DNA from: Octopus bimaculoides
Taxonomy: Eukaryota
Assembly (NCBI RefSeq): GCF_001194135.2
Contig: NC_068981.1
Coordinates: forward strand, 198,822,314-198,886,313
Length of the DNA stretch: 64,000 bases
Reading direction: 5' to 3'
Part shown: in pieces, positions 1 to 13,080 of the stretch
Layout: each line of letters opens with the position of its first letter
How positions within the stretch are numbered: position 1 is the stretch's first letter
Notes under the pieces: model-generated
Databases searched by the model: none
Seen by the model: only the letters and a program-made list of their open reading frames with translations
What the model was told of the DNA's origin: nothing
Translations under genes and position numbers: made by a program

Positions 1-619
1 AAAGAATATCAGGTTGTGATGTTCATGTCTTTTCTATGGCCATTGGTAGTATAAATGACATCTAAAGAGAAAAGCAAATAGTTTTAAATCTACCGAACAG
101 GCAAGTCTATTTGTTAACACAGTAGTGTGGCAGTCGTACACAGAATGATGTTGCTACATTTTTAGCCAGGGTTAAAAAGTAGCAAACATTGTCCTGTGCA
201 CGACTGCCATATTGTTGTGTTGGCAAATAGACTTTACTCAGCAACATCTGTTGTATAAAAAATAGAGCTTCTACAACATCAGGCAACTGCTAGAAATAGC
301 AATTAAATCAACTTGAAATCACAGCTTATCATCTTAAAAATGGAAGGACACAGATGTTATCTTGGATAAATCATGCTTAACAGGATGGTCACAACTGGAA
401 TACTTTGCTGAAAGAACCTAAACAACAACAACAACAACAATAAATCTGTGTGTGTGAAATACTGACTTGGTACTGAGTTCCACTTTCGTAAAAAGAAATG
501 AGAAGTTGTGACATTCATACCTTTCTCAAGTAATTTAGTTTACAAGTGATGCATTTCTAACAATCAAAATCATTTCCCAGACTTTGCTGACAACTTAGTA
601 CTCTAAGATATTGTTTTAT

Positions 620-810
620 TATTTACATAGGTACCCAGGTACACTGGTAGCTAAATACTTCAGTACATAGGTATCTGGGTACATTGGTAGCTAAATACCT
701 AAGTACCTAAAAGGTACTGCAGTGCCTTGTTACATTGGCACCTAGGCATATCTGTACATGGGTACATCAGTGCCTTGCTATATCAGTACCTGGGTACATC
801 AAAACCTAAG
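620..810. repeat. degenerate GTAC-rich minisatellite
   Basis: Two ~34 nt near-copies (ACATAGGTACCCAGGTACACTGGTAGCTAAATAC at ~625; ACATAGGTATCTGGGTACATTGGTAGCTAAATAC at ~665) followed by decaying GGTAC/GTACC units. Confidence 0.7.
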
Positions 811-2149
811 TATGTGCAAAGGACAATCAGTGGAAGTCCCGATGGTTTTGTGACATTACCCAAGATGCCTTGCAATAGATTCGAACTGAGGATGCGATGG
901 TTGTGAAGCAAATGTCACAAACAAAACAGCCATGCTTGGTCGAGCAAAAGCCACTCTAACCAGGCTAGCGAGGAGGAAAACCTGAATGAAACCTTTCACA
1001 ACCAGGGAGAAAGAAACGTTTTATATTTGTTTGTCCCTGTCTGTAGTTTGCTGAAGGTTGACTTTGATCCACCAGGCTTTGGATTAAAGGCTAAATCTCC
1101 TAATGTCTCCTTCCAATGGTAAAATGAGATTGGAGGGATATCTGGCTGCTATTTCTGCTATTCACTGCTCCAGAGATAAGCCATTGCCATCTGATCGTGT
1201 TCATACGAGTGCAAACCCAGGCTTGTGGCTTGAGTTTTGGTGTTTGAACAGAATAGGAGGTAGCTGAGAGGAATGGGGTGAGGTAGGAAGAGAGTGAAGA
1301 GGGGGGACACAGTAGAAGAGGAGCCGAGAGAGGTCGAAGGAAAGGGGAAAGATGAAGAAAAAGAAGGGGAGAAAGAGGCGAAGTAGGAGAGGAGGCAAAA
1401 GAAAAAAGATCAAGATTAGAATAGAATGAAAAACACTGCATTGACCCCCCTCCCTCCCCCGCCCCACCANNNNNNNNNNNNNNNNNNNNNNNNNNNNNNN
1501 NNNNNNNNNNNNNNNNNNNNNNNNNNNNNNNNNNNNNNNNNNNNNNNNNNNNNNNNNNNNNNACCACTACCACTCTAAGTTATTTACTGCTTCAACCCCC
1601 AAACCCCGACAATGTGATGGGGAGCAGTTTGTCACAATAATAGTAATTAGTTTATCACTACTGAGCATAGTTGGTAAATTGCATCTGAGGTTAATTAGGG
1701 GAGAGAGGGAGAGAGGGAGAAAGGGGGGAGAGAGAGAGAGAGGGGGGAGAAAGGGGGAGAGAGAGAGAAGTAAGCCATTTATTAAAATGTCTGTGTTTTT
1801 CATAAATCTTCTGATCAGCTTATTATAAAGAAATCATTTCAAGGAAAATAACAATCATACACATACGTATATGCATACACACACACACACACACACACAG
1901 TGACAGCATTTTGTTTGAAGACAAGAGTGCACTGATGAGTAAACAATAATTATCTGTTTTATTTAATTATTTCTGATTCAAACTATAAAACTATACGAAC
2001 TGAAAGTGAACTTTTGTCTTTTAAATTAAGTAAATTTAAACATTTCAAATTAACCTAATGCAATTACTGATAGTATCAATAACTTCACAAATTGTTTTAC
2101 CAACAAACTGTATTCCTATGCATTAAAGAAAGAGAAGTGAGAAGAATAA

Positions 2150-3250
2150 AGCCATGCAGTACCAAGTATTAGTCAGGGACCGATTACCTGGTGAGGCACC
2201 TGAAATTTCTCATAATGGAATCATATCAATAACTTTAATGGTCAAATTGTCTGGATTTTCGTCTTCATTTCTACCTATCATAATAACCGTACCATTTATT
2301 CAGTTTCACTGATTCTTTTTGTCAAAAATACACGTCAACTGACTATCATTAGATTTTCATTGGATTTAAATCCAAAGTCCATTGCAGCCCCAACAGCAGC
2401 ACTCAGAACTGAATTTACTTGCATTTGATGAATTCTTTTATTCTTGTGATGTGCTTCGGATTGTCGTGGTGAGAAATCCACAACTGGCCCAAAATGACTC
2501 TTGCAAATAGTCTTCTCCAACGTCTCCATAGGAGCTGTATTGCTAACAATGCATTTCAGCTGATGTTTGGGACTGGCCCTTTTCCAGACAGGCAACATTT
2601 AACCCTTTCCTTACCAACCCAGCTGAAACCAGCTCTGGCTCTGCAGTACAAATGCATTGTTTTCATAAGTTTTGAATTAAAATCTTCCACCAAACCTTAG
2701 ACACAATTTATGTTCTTAATGCTAAGCTGAATGATAATTAGGTTATTTTACTAAATTCTTTGTTATATTTAAAATTAATTGAAAGAAACACAGAGCATCT
2801 CAAAATAAATACAGTAATGAAAGGGTTAAACCATATAATTGGCCCCCATTAAGCTTAAATACTGGGTTCATACACTCAGAGTGAGATTCTCCTCCTGTAC
2901 AACACTGGATATACACTTGGCTGTCAGAGGTGAATAATTAAATTTACACTCATCCAGCCTTGAGATTTTGAGACTAATTTCATGGCATGTAATTCTTGTG
3001 TTCCTGAAAGAACTGAATGTGGAACACCTTGGTTTGTCTTACAATCCCAAACTGCTTTGGTTGACTTTTGCTGCAGAACCACAAATTTAAACTTTGCATT
3101 TCTGTTGAGTATCATTCAAAGTGCCAAGAGTGATAGCATTTGTCTTCTGTCCAATGGTGAATGTCCCAGACTCCCTTTTCAGTGGATTTGCACATCTGTC
3201 CTGATTAAGAATGGTCAGAACCATCACAATTTCCCCTGAAAATGTGTACA
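2150..3250 (-). mobile_element. Tc1-type (DD34E) transposase pseudogene, interrupted by a MITE
   Basis: Minus-strand translation across frameshifts gives LQFFQEHKN, then DECKFN (DE at 2949-2954), CMNPVFKLNGG, WISHHDNPKHI (HDN 2460-2468) and DLNPMK (2356-2372). These are the Tc1 motifs DESKFN, TVKHGGG, FQQDNDPKH and SPDLNPIE in the correct order. Confidence 0.7.
2599..2829. mobile_element. piggyBac-type MITE, family A, TTAA target duplication
   Basis: TTAA-CCCTTTC ... GAAAGGG-TTAA termini, non-coding interior; second copy at 47427-47626. Confidence 0.8.
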
Positions 3251-3589
3251 ACATAGCAGTAATTCCTAAACATTGAACCCATTCCAGCATGGAAAGCGGA
3301 TGTTAAACAATGATGTTGATGATGATGATGGACCTCACCAACCTGTACTGAGCATTTGTTGTTCCGTGATTGTATAACAACACACTGACACACACTGGGA
3401 ATGAACCTAGAACCAAGTGGTTGGGAAGCAAATTTCTTACCTCACAGCCATGCTTGCACCTATATATTTGTATTAAATACTGTACATTGTTTTGCAGACT
3501 TGATAACACACACACATACAGAATATAGCAGGACTCCATATTGATGGAAAATCTAGACTCTTGTCTTCAGTTATAATAATATGTGGATA

Positions 3590-4085
3590 AAATTTTAGAA
3601 ATGACTGCTGATAAGGGAAGAGAAGACCTGATGATAGGTCAAAAGATAGGGACTGTGAACAAAGTTAGACAGGATGAAGGGGCTGTGATCAAGGTATTGG
3701 TAGGGTCTCTCAATGTTAGAAGTTTTTAGCAGAAGGAAATATGCTGGATGGGTGACAATTTTAAAGGACTTGCAGAGTGAAGTTGAAAAATTGGGATTTG
3801 GTGTGGGGGTTAGTGTAGGGGAGAGTGAGAAGACAAGTGAGACCAGGATGGAGGTGGTGGTGGTTGCAGCTAGATGGGTTACAAAATGAGAGGTGGTGAG
3901 AGACGAGAGTGTATGTTTGAGGATCAGAAGTGATGGTTGCAGAAAGGTCAAGAGAGGTGGTGAGAGGAGAGAGTATGAGGTAGTAAGTTAATAAGTGAGT
4001 TTTTGCCAGTTGGTCAGCTGAATTTCTTTGAAGATGCCCCATGTATGTGGAGTAGGAATAGCTCTGTCTCAAATGTGTGACCAAT
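3590..4085 (-). mobile_element. degenerate Penelope-like reverse-transcriptase remnant
   Basis: Minus strand reads PAYFLLLKTSNIERP..YLDHSPFILS, resembling PLE RT P.FYLLPKIHK..NPGRPI...YLD...P; heavily decayed. Confidence 0.4.
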
Positions 4086-4149
4086 GCAATAGGTCAGTGA
4101 TGTCCTTGTGTGTTTAGCAAGACACAAGGACAGAAATAAAATAACCATT

Positions 4150-4922
4150 TGGAAATAATTTGTTAGGATCTTTTCTGTTCGAATTGATTTCATATTCAGT
4201 GTAATGATACACTTTTATAGGCTAATTAATGACGTGAAAGTAATTTTTGCTATAAACCAATAAATAAAGAGTTATTTATGATTAAATTTTGAAAATTTTG
4301 GTAATTTTAGCCAATCATAAGCCACAGACACATTCATGTCTGTTTTGATAGTAAGAAGCAGAACATGAGAACTCTCGTCTCTCAACGTGCCCGTTGCCAT
4401 AGTAACAAGTGAATCCGAGTAGTCTTTGAATAGTCTTTTATCTGTAAGGAAGCACGTGTTGACAAATTTGATGCTGTTCTGTGTGATTATGGCAGCAGGC
4501 TCCAGTAACTTCGCTTCTATTATGGAAACATTGAAAATAGAGGAGGATATTTTTAAAATTAAAACCGAAAGTTAAATGTTTGTTTTTTAAGCATATTTAA
4601 ATTGTAATTAAATATTTTAAAAATTGTTTGTTTGATGTTTGTTTCTTTTTGTCATTGAGCATTGAGGTGGTAGTGAGGTGTGCTAAAAATAACAGCTAAA
4701 TAAGATTTTTTTGATAAATCTTTTAAATTAAGCTTATTTGCCAACTCAGAGATTTAAAACTGTTTTTCTTTTTTAAATTAAGATAAACATTTATTTACAC
4801 GAAAAAAGTTCCCCGGTAATTTTCTTTCATCTAATTCTTCTAAATCTTTCTGTTAAAAATTGTAATGTGTTTATCACATTTGCATTAAACACTGGTGGTT
4901 GTGAGATGTGCTAAAAATAACA
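4150..4922. repeat. unclassified AT-rich repeat with ~228 bp internal period, running into an assembly gap
   Basis: GTGGTAGTGAGGTGTGCTAAAAATAACA at ~4667 recurs as GTGGTTGTGAGATGTGCTAAAAATAACA at ~4895, immediately before the gap 4923-5406. Confidence 0.45.
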
Positions 4923-5406
4923 NNNNNNNNNNNNNNNNNNNNNNNNNNNNNNNNNNNNNNNNNNNNNNNNNNNNNNNNNNNNNNNNNNNNNNNNNNNNNN
5001 NNNNNNNNNNNNNNNNNNNNNNNNNNNNNNNNNNNNNNNNNNNNNNNNNNNNNNNNNNNNNNNNNNNNNNNNNNNNNNNNNNNNNNNNNNNNNNNNNNNN
5101 NNNNNNNNNNNNNNNNNNNNNNNNNNNNNNNNNNNNNNNNNNNNNNNNNNNNNNNNNNNNNNNNNNNNNNNNNNNNNNNNNNNNNNNNNNNNNNNNNNNN
5201 NNNNNNNNNNNNNNNNNNNNNNNNNNNNNNNNNNNNNNNNNNNNNNNNNNNNNNNNNNNNNNNNNNNNNNNNNNNNNNNNNNNNNNNNNNNNNNNNNNNN
5301 NNNNNNNNNNNNNNNNNNNNNNNNNNNNNNNNNNNNNNNNNNNNNNNNNNNNNNNNNNNNNNNNNNNNNNNNNNNNNNNNNNNNNNNNNNNNNNNNNNNN
5401 NNNNNN
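4923..5406. other. assembly gap (N run)
   Basis: Other gaps: 1470-1562, 14954-15179, 19085-19126, 19916-20067, 36787-36796, 37606-37847, 40062-40071, 50907-51033, 56234-56333. Confidence 1.
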
Positions 5407-6501
5407 AAAAGAACCAACTTATCTACGAATATAATCTGTATTTCATGTTTTTAAATAAGATTTGATTTTATAGAGTTGCTGGTTTCTAAACCATAAAACA
5501 TGAGAATCAGTTGGGAGAGAAATGAAAAAAAAAATAATATCAAAGACTGATTCATAAACTGTAGAATGTCAACAGAGAGAGGGGGGGGGTAGAGGGGGAG
5601 GAGAGGGAGAACTGGTTGGAAATAATGTATCATGAATATAGGATCAATGGTTCCTTTAAACAACAACAACAGCATATCGAAAAGATAGCTGGAAACAAAA
5701 CGGATTCACTTTCATCAGCAGCAACAAACCATAAACCATGTTGTGTAGAGAAAAACAAAAAAAACAAAACACTAAAACACAACAAGCAACAACAACAACG
5801 GATCTGATGAAACATCAACACACCCACACATATAAACACATAAAATATCTACACATAAATATTTATACACACAAACATAAACACATAAATATAAAACTAC
5901 ATCAACAGCATAGATATATACACAAACATCAACAACAAAGCTGTATAAAAACATATACACACTTGAAAGTAAGAGTTTTTTCTTTTTATTTAACAAGATT
6001 TACTGGGAAAATTCAATATGAAGTTTCTCTGCAGAATTAATAATAAAAATCATTTAAATGTAACAGACTTGGAGATATGCTTTTAAACAGAGAAGAGGTT
6101 TCGTCTTCGTTAAAACTGCATTCATTATAAGAGAACAATGATTAATTCCTTATATATAATTGGCATTTTCTAAAATAATACACTCCAAACCAAAAGAAAA
6201 AAAGAAAACAGAATGGTGGCTGCACAGCATTACAGAGAGTTAGAGAAACTTCATCAGAATTAATCACAAAGTTTACAAGATGCTCATTAAGCTAATGATA
6301 ATTTCTCATTAAGCAGGGATGTATTTTTAATTAATTAAAATATTTTGGCTCAGTTCATTATGTAAGCACTTTAGAAAAACTAAACAAGTTTGGTTCTAAC
6401 AGGAGACATTAAAAGTAGAAACTTGGTGTAGGCATGGACCAGCATTAAATTAAATTAGTCATCAATGTATCATATTTAATGTATAAACATTATTGTCAGT
6501 G

Positions 6502-6725
6502 TGGAGTGCGTGGCTTAGTGGTTAGGGTGTTGGACTTATAATTGTAAGATTGTGATTTCGATTCCTAAATGCATTTCATGATGCTCCAGCTGGCCCAGTT
6601 GGCAAAAATGAGTCCTCCAATGACAAAGTGGCATCCCATCCAGAGGGAAATATGTACAACACAGAAACCAAAAAACTAGCTCTATGAGTGTCTATGTCTT
6701 AGAAAGGAGCTTTATCCTTTATCCC
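6502..6725 (+). mobile_element. tRNA-derived SINE
   Basis: Head with A-box-like TGGCTTAGTGG and B-box-like TTTCGATTCC; related heads occur elsewhere in the window. Confidence 0.7.
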
Positions 6726-7121
6726 ACCATTGACAAGTAGGATGCTGTGGGTTTTGTCAGAGAGAAAATCTCTGTGGAGACATGTTCTGTTAAAAATAGC
6801 ATAGACATTGGAACAAGGCAAAGACTATCGCACCAGGGATTCACAAGAATGTCTCAAAGATGCTTCAACTTCTTAGAGTATTGTCAATGGCATGCATTCA
6901 CTAGTCTCATGCAGAGATGAAGTCTGTTTCTTCCAATATACAAGAGCGAATACCAGCGTCAGTGGCATCGTGGAAACTTAAAGAAAGCCAAAAAAATGCC
7001 TGATATTCTCATGGGTCACTGCTGGGATGATGTTTGTATCACCCTGATATGTTTTTAATGTAGCATGTCTATGAAGGGATTTTCTCCCAGATGAGAACCA
7101 CAGCATAAAGGCCTGTCAACA

Positions 7122-7169
<48 letters not shown>

Positions 7170-7986
7170 TTTAGAAATGTATTATTTCAAAATTTGAAAT
7201 CAGTGAATGTATTTCACTAGAATTATTATATGTTTACAAGAGCTTGACAGGCATCTCCAACTAGCAGGTCTTCCCCTTGTAAACATAAGGACACAGGAAA
7301 TGTATCAAGGCCGACAGGAAGCGGTGCTGCTTCCTAGGGCTAAATAGCAGTAGTATTATTCCCTTCATGGGACTGTCACATTAAGTTGACAGCATAGAAC
7401 TACTTCATTGTATCACTACTGCATAAATCTCTCTGAGAGATTTAGAAATGTATTATTTCTAGATAATGTTGCTGTTGGTGATGATGATCCTGAAGAAATC
7501 TGTAGCTCATCAATAATTGATGTTTGCCATTCAAACAGCACCATGAAATAGCTCGATTCTTTAAGCTTGTAGCTTTACCACAGCTCAGATTCTTCTGCAG
7601 GAACTATAATAGTTATTCCACCGCTGTAAACCAAGAACAGAGGTGTTAATGATGAAAATATTTCTAAATATACCTTAACTGTTTTTCTGATAGTAATATG
7701 TGATCTCAAAATTACTAGGTAAGCCTGTTCCACTTTCAAAAGAAAAGAAATATTCTCTCTTCGCCTTCCTCCTCCCTCCCCCCATTTCCTGCTAATTTGT
7801 GACTCAATACAAAAGTTTGTAATCATGTTAGAAAACACTCACCAAGCCTTTGTCTTGCAAACCCACTTCACTCTTTCATTCATACAAAGCTTACTATTAG
7901 CATTTCCAGCTCCATTGATTTTGTATTTCTACAGTTTAAAAGGATACAATAACAACAAAAAACAAAATAGGTCACTGTTCTTGCTC

Positions 7987-8455
7987 TTGTTGTTGTTCAG
8001 CCACAGCCCAGCTTTGACTAAATAAGCCTATAATCCAATATATTCCCTGTCTCGATGTTTTTTCCCCGCCTTCTCTGCAGTGTGTATAGGAACACATTAT
8101 CCAATGTATTTAGAGTTAAAAGTAGTGAAGTGTGGTTTGAGGGAGATCTGGCTGCTATTTGTAAAAGACTGAGTGGTCACATGGTGGCATCTCAGGTTGA
8201 TCACATGGTGAAACCTGCTGTGTAACATTGGTTGTTCTGACCAGAACAATTAGTCACAAACAGAAGAGAATTTTATCAATAAATAAAGAGGGAACCACTA
8301 TGCGGTGAATTGAACAACAAGAAATAACAGCCAACTCTCCTTCAAATCAGTTCTTAACATTTTCAAAATGGAAGGATACACAAGAAAATGTAGACTTAGA
8401 TAAACATCCATGTGCTGGATGAAGGCTATCTCCCGGTTAAACAACAACAACAACC
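7987..8455. mobile_element. two diverged (AAC)n-tailed SINE-like copies in opposite orientation
   Basis: The shared core AAATA(G/A)CAGCCA.(A/C)TCTCC.TCAAA lies on the minus strand at ~8135-8160 and the plus strand at ~8321-8345. Both copies end in (AAC)n. Related cores occur at ~290-440 and ~1125-1160. Confidence 0.55.
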
Positions 8456-8938
8456 AAGAATAAGGTGACAGACCCTATGCACACCTGTTACTGGAATATA
8501 TTTGGATATTATGGAAAGCAGAAATATTTAGACTTTAATAAATAATTGGTCTCAGCTGGATAGAAAGGGAGCCAAGGTCATCAGTGATGGTTTAACATCA
8601 ACAAAAGATGCGGACAGTAAGGAAGAGGTGAGTTCTAGTCTCAGACAAGAATAGTTTGAAAATGGTCAACCTTTGAACCAATTTGTTAAACTGTCTCCAA
8701 CAAAACGCCTCTGGGATTGGATAGCCATGGGAGTAAAGGCTACTTTGTTGATGAGCAGCATTGAAAAATTTGATGAAGTTTCTGATCAGTTGCAGAGAAA
8801 AGATTTAGTGGTAAGGAGAAATTCTTGTAAAATGTCACTATTTTGTTTTTCAAGTAGTTTTCTTCAACAATCAACATTGTCCTTCACAGAGTTCCATTTT
8901 GATGTTCTAAGAGGGTAATGGAGTTGTTTTAGCTTGGA

Positions 8939-8973
<35 letters not shown>

Positions 8974-9798
8974 TCTTCAAAAGAAACAAAAAATATCTCC
9001 CAACAAAATTCAGAACCTTCACCCGAGAGGATTGAAACTGGAATTATAAGAGCATGTGCCACACTGGACTCATTTCTGTTCTTTTTAAACATATTCCAAA
9101 GGAAATGGCAAGTTCTCATGATGAGGTTCCATCAAAACAATGGTGGTCAAAGAAATGGTTCCACTGTCAATGTATCCCAGCAGAGTTTCTAGTTCAAGTC
9201 ATAAAAGGAATGTTTACCAAGTTTCAGTTAAATGAATTAGTATTTTTAGAAACAATTGCCAGGAATTCATCATTTTTAGCTGAAATGTTCTATCTCAATA
9301 TTTCAGATACAGCAATAGACATACTGTCTTTTATCAGAAATGGTGGCATTAACCTTCAACCAAAAAAGGACCACAAGGTACCAAAACCAAAAGTAAAGAA
9401 CAACTAGATAATAAACAACCAGAAGACGGGTAAGAACTGTGTTGTCACAAGATGAGTGAGAAACACAGATGCTCCCCGACCAGGGCCTAAGCGACCATAG
9501 AGACAACTTTCTACTCTTTTGCTGGCTTCACTTATTGGATTGCAGCCATGATAGAACATTACCTTCAGGGTTTCTACCCACTCACTACACTGACTCCAGA
9601 ATATGATTTAGACAGATAATTATTATAATGATCTCTATTGCTACATTAAATACAAATCAAGGTAATTATCAGGTAGATACAAATCAATTAAACACGAAAT
9701 TAATTATTGTTATCTTGAGAGTTGGTCCTGCATTCAAAACTGGTTTACTGCCACAATAGAAGCTTACAACTATAATAATGATTTGCTCTTTCTCTCTC

Positions 9799-9852
<54 letters not shown>

Positions 9853-10795
9853 TACATATACACAATCTCACTTGCCCCGATTCACACATAGACACACACC
9901 ATTCTCGCATACACACATGCTTGCATACCTCAGTTCGTTTGGATCACCATTATTATCTCCCTTTCATTTGACCTCTTTTTTTTTCCCCAGTCATCTCACC
10001 ATGTTGGACTGCTGAACTCTACAGATTTCTCTCTCCATTTTTCCCTCTTATTCCTTTCTGTCAAAGAGCATAGACTCAAAATGTGAAAGACTTTTCCATT
10101 TCTCCTGAGTGTTAAACTCATACACCTGCTTATTATTCCTACACCTGTCTTTGTCTTTTACACACACACACACACACACATGCACAAACACATGTATCAG
10201 TATATATATATATATATAAATTATTCAGTGTTTGTTGTGGGGTTGTAAGCTGTTGTATGCTACAAAGCTTAAGTCTGAGACAAACCATGCAGCACTTTCA
10301 TTCACTTCAGAAGACATACATTAACAGTTTATGATGTGAACTTTCTGTGTGTGTGTGTGTGTATGCATAAATACATACAGACATATACATGTGAACACAC
10401 ATGTAACATTAAATAAAGCCTGTCAGTTGCATTTTTAAACATGAAGTAATTCTATTCTGTTTTACAAGTTTCATGGCTGAAGACAAGCAAAGATACATTT
10501 GTTGTTTCTATGAATTATTCAATAGTTGTTGTTGCAATTATTTTATGGTTTCTTTTTGCCTCCAAAAACTGCAATACTTTTAATGTGAGGGTTTATGACA
10601 AAACAGGCACCCCCCCCTCTCTCTCTCTCTTTTTGTCCAACCCACCCCAATGAGTTTCCCGTGATATGTTTATTCCATATGCGTGTGTGTGTGTGTAAGT
10701 ACATAGTGTTTCAGTTAAATTTGGTTTGCCAAAAACAAAATCCCATCCAAAACTAAAAGTATTTTTAAAAAATCAAAAAATATCAAAAGGCCATT

Positions 10796-12790
10796 AGAAA
10801 GAAGAAACAGGCCTGGAAAGGATTGGCAGAATGGTGGTAGCAGAGAACTGTATCAAGTGGTTAGGGTTGGGGCTAGAAGACAGATATACTTAGCCAGGGG
10901 AGAAGCAGACAGAGGGAAGTTTGCCAATGTTCTGCAGCATGAGGACCAGAGGCTTTAGGTGTTTCAGATTGCTAGACAGTGTGTCAGAGAGAATTGTGAC
11001 GTGGTAGGAGAGAAGTGTGTTTGCATGGATGACGGGTCACTTGCAGTTAGTGATTCTGCAAAGAAGGAGGCATGGAAGTGCCACTATGAAAGGCTGCTAA
11101 ATGTAGAGAATGCATGGGAGAAAGAGAGCCTGCCCAATGTGAACCCAACAGAGGGGTCGGCTATTCGAATTGACAGCAGCTAAGTAGATAAAGCAATTAA
11201 GGATATGGAGACAGGGGAAAGCCTCCAGCCCACTAGAAGTCATCACTGAGATGCTTAAAATATCTGGTATAATGCGATATGACCTTATCACCCATACAGT
11301 TAATCAGGTTGTCATTACCCAACGATTGGTGTGGCAGCATCATAGTCAACTGTTACAAAGGAAAAGGTAATGTCTCAGACAGGAAGAGATACAGTGACAC
11401 CAAATTGCTGAACCAGGTGATGGAAGTTGCAGAAATGGTCATAGCTCAAGTAATCAGGAAGAGAGTTAGCATAGATAAGATGCAGTTTGGATTTGTGCCA
11501 GGCAAAAGCACGACTGATGCTATCTTCTTGGAGAGGCAACTACAGAAGTACTTGGCCAAGAAATAAACCTCTATTTCTGGATTTTGTTGACATGGAGAAA
11601 GCCTTTGATAGGGTCCCCAATTCCCTTATCTGATGGGTAATGCAGAAGCTAGGGATAGATGAATGGTCAGTGAGAGCTGTACAAGCCATGTACAGGGATG
11701 CTGTCAATAAGGTGACAATGAGCATAGCAAGGAATTTAGTGTACAAGTAGGAGTCCACCAGGGATCAGTTCTTAGCCTCCCCTCTTGTTTATCATGGTCC
11801 TCTAAGCTATAACAGAAGAATTCAAGGCTGGCTGCTCTAGGGAGCTCCTCTATGCTGATGACCTTGTTCTTATTGCTGAATCACTACCAGAACTAGAGAA
11901 GAAATTTCAGGTGTGGAAGCATGGACAAAAATCAATAATTTAGCATAGACCAAAGCCCCAATAAATAGGAGAGCAGACAAATCACTGATCCCTTCAGGGA
12001 GATGGCCCTGCTTGATATGTAGAAAAGGTGTCGGGAGAAACTTCATGCAAGTTATGGACAGGTAAGAGGTGCAGCAGTATCACTGAGTGACTAACAGAGA
12101 CAGCAGTCTTTACATGTGGCAGATGTGCAGCTACATTAAACATCAGGAATTTTTTAAAAAATAGCCTCCCTCAAATGTCAGGGGAGATCCTTAGAAGTAG
12201 TAGAGAGTTTCTGTTACTTAGGTGACCAAGTTAGCAGAGGTGGAGGTTGTTCTGAAAGCATAACTGCTGGAATAAGAACAGGCTGGGCAGAGCTCAGAGA
12301 GTTACTACCTCTGTTGTTAAAGAAGAGCCTTTCCCTCAGAGTGAAAGGCAGATTGTATGATGCCAGTGTATGAACAGCTATGCTACATGGCAATGAGACA
12401 TGGGCTGTGACTACTGAGGACATGTGAAGGGTTGAAAGAAATGAAGCCAGTGTGCTCTGCTGGATGGGTAATGTCAGTGTGTATATACAAGAGTATATAC
12501 AAGAGTATATATGTACGTATACATGGCAGTGTGTATACATGGCAGATTTGAGAGAAGAACTCGGTATATGAGACATCAAATGTAGTGTGCAAGAGAGGAG
12601 ACTGCACTGGTATGGTCATGTGATGCGTATAAATGAAGACAGCTGCATTAAGAGGTGCTGATCTCTAACTGTGGAGGGAACATGTGGAAGGAGTAGACCC
12701 AGGAAGACATAGAATGAAGTGGTGAGAAAAGATCTATACATATTGGGACTCACAGAGGGGATGACAGGGGACCAAGACTCCTGGTGGTCT
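10796..12790 (+). mobile_element. RTE-clade non-LTR retrotransposon, 5'-truncated pseudogene (RT domain)
   Basis: KEAWKCHYERLLNVEN, MQFGFVPGKSTTDAIF, VDMEKAFDRVP, VGVHQGSVLS, LLYADDL, FCYLGD, LSLRVKGRLYDA..MLHGNETWA; many stops and frameshifts; ends in (TG)n. Confidence 0.92.
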
Positions 12791-12791
12791 G

Positions 12792-12792
<1 letters not shown>

Positions 12793-12887
<95 letters not shown>
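12793..12887. repeat. (TG)n microsatellite
   Basis: Directly visible; other long arrays: (TG)n 30601-30691 and 43366-43397, (CA)n 36565-36597. Confidence 0.98.
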
Positions 12888-12888
<1 letters not shown>

Positions 12889-13080
12889 TAAATCTTTGTT
12901 GTCATAAGAAATGAGAAGCTTCAGGAGAAAGTGAAGTAATTAATTTTAAATGGTTGAACTTGAAGCAGAAAAAGCTATAAATAATAGGATGTAAATATTG
13001 GATTAAGAAATGAAGTTTGTCACACTGTCTCTGCAGGTTATCCTGTTGAGAAGTGATTAGCAATTGTTAATAATTATAAT

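Noticed and set aside
2335-2598. 87 aa minus-strand ORF as a host exon
   Set aside because: It is an alternative frame over the Tc1 pseudogene.
4895-5465. Long ORFs rich in X (also 14824-15189, 37381-37956, 50680-51306)
   Set aside because: Artefacts of translating N gaps.
6502-6575. tRNA gene
   Set aside because: A/B-box-like head only; no closed cloverleaf, and it continues into a SINE body.
7575-7838. 87 aa minus-strand ORF as a downstream Cds exon
   Set aside because: No similarity to any CDS segment.
8640-9500. ORFs 8673-8918 and 9054-9407 as genes
   Set aside because: No recognisable domain on either strand; probably an ancient TE remnant I cannot classify.
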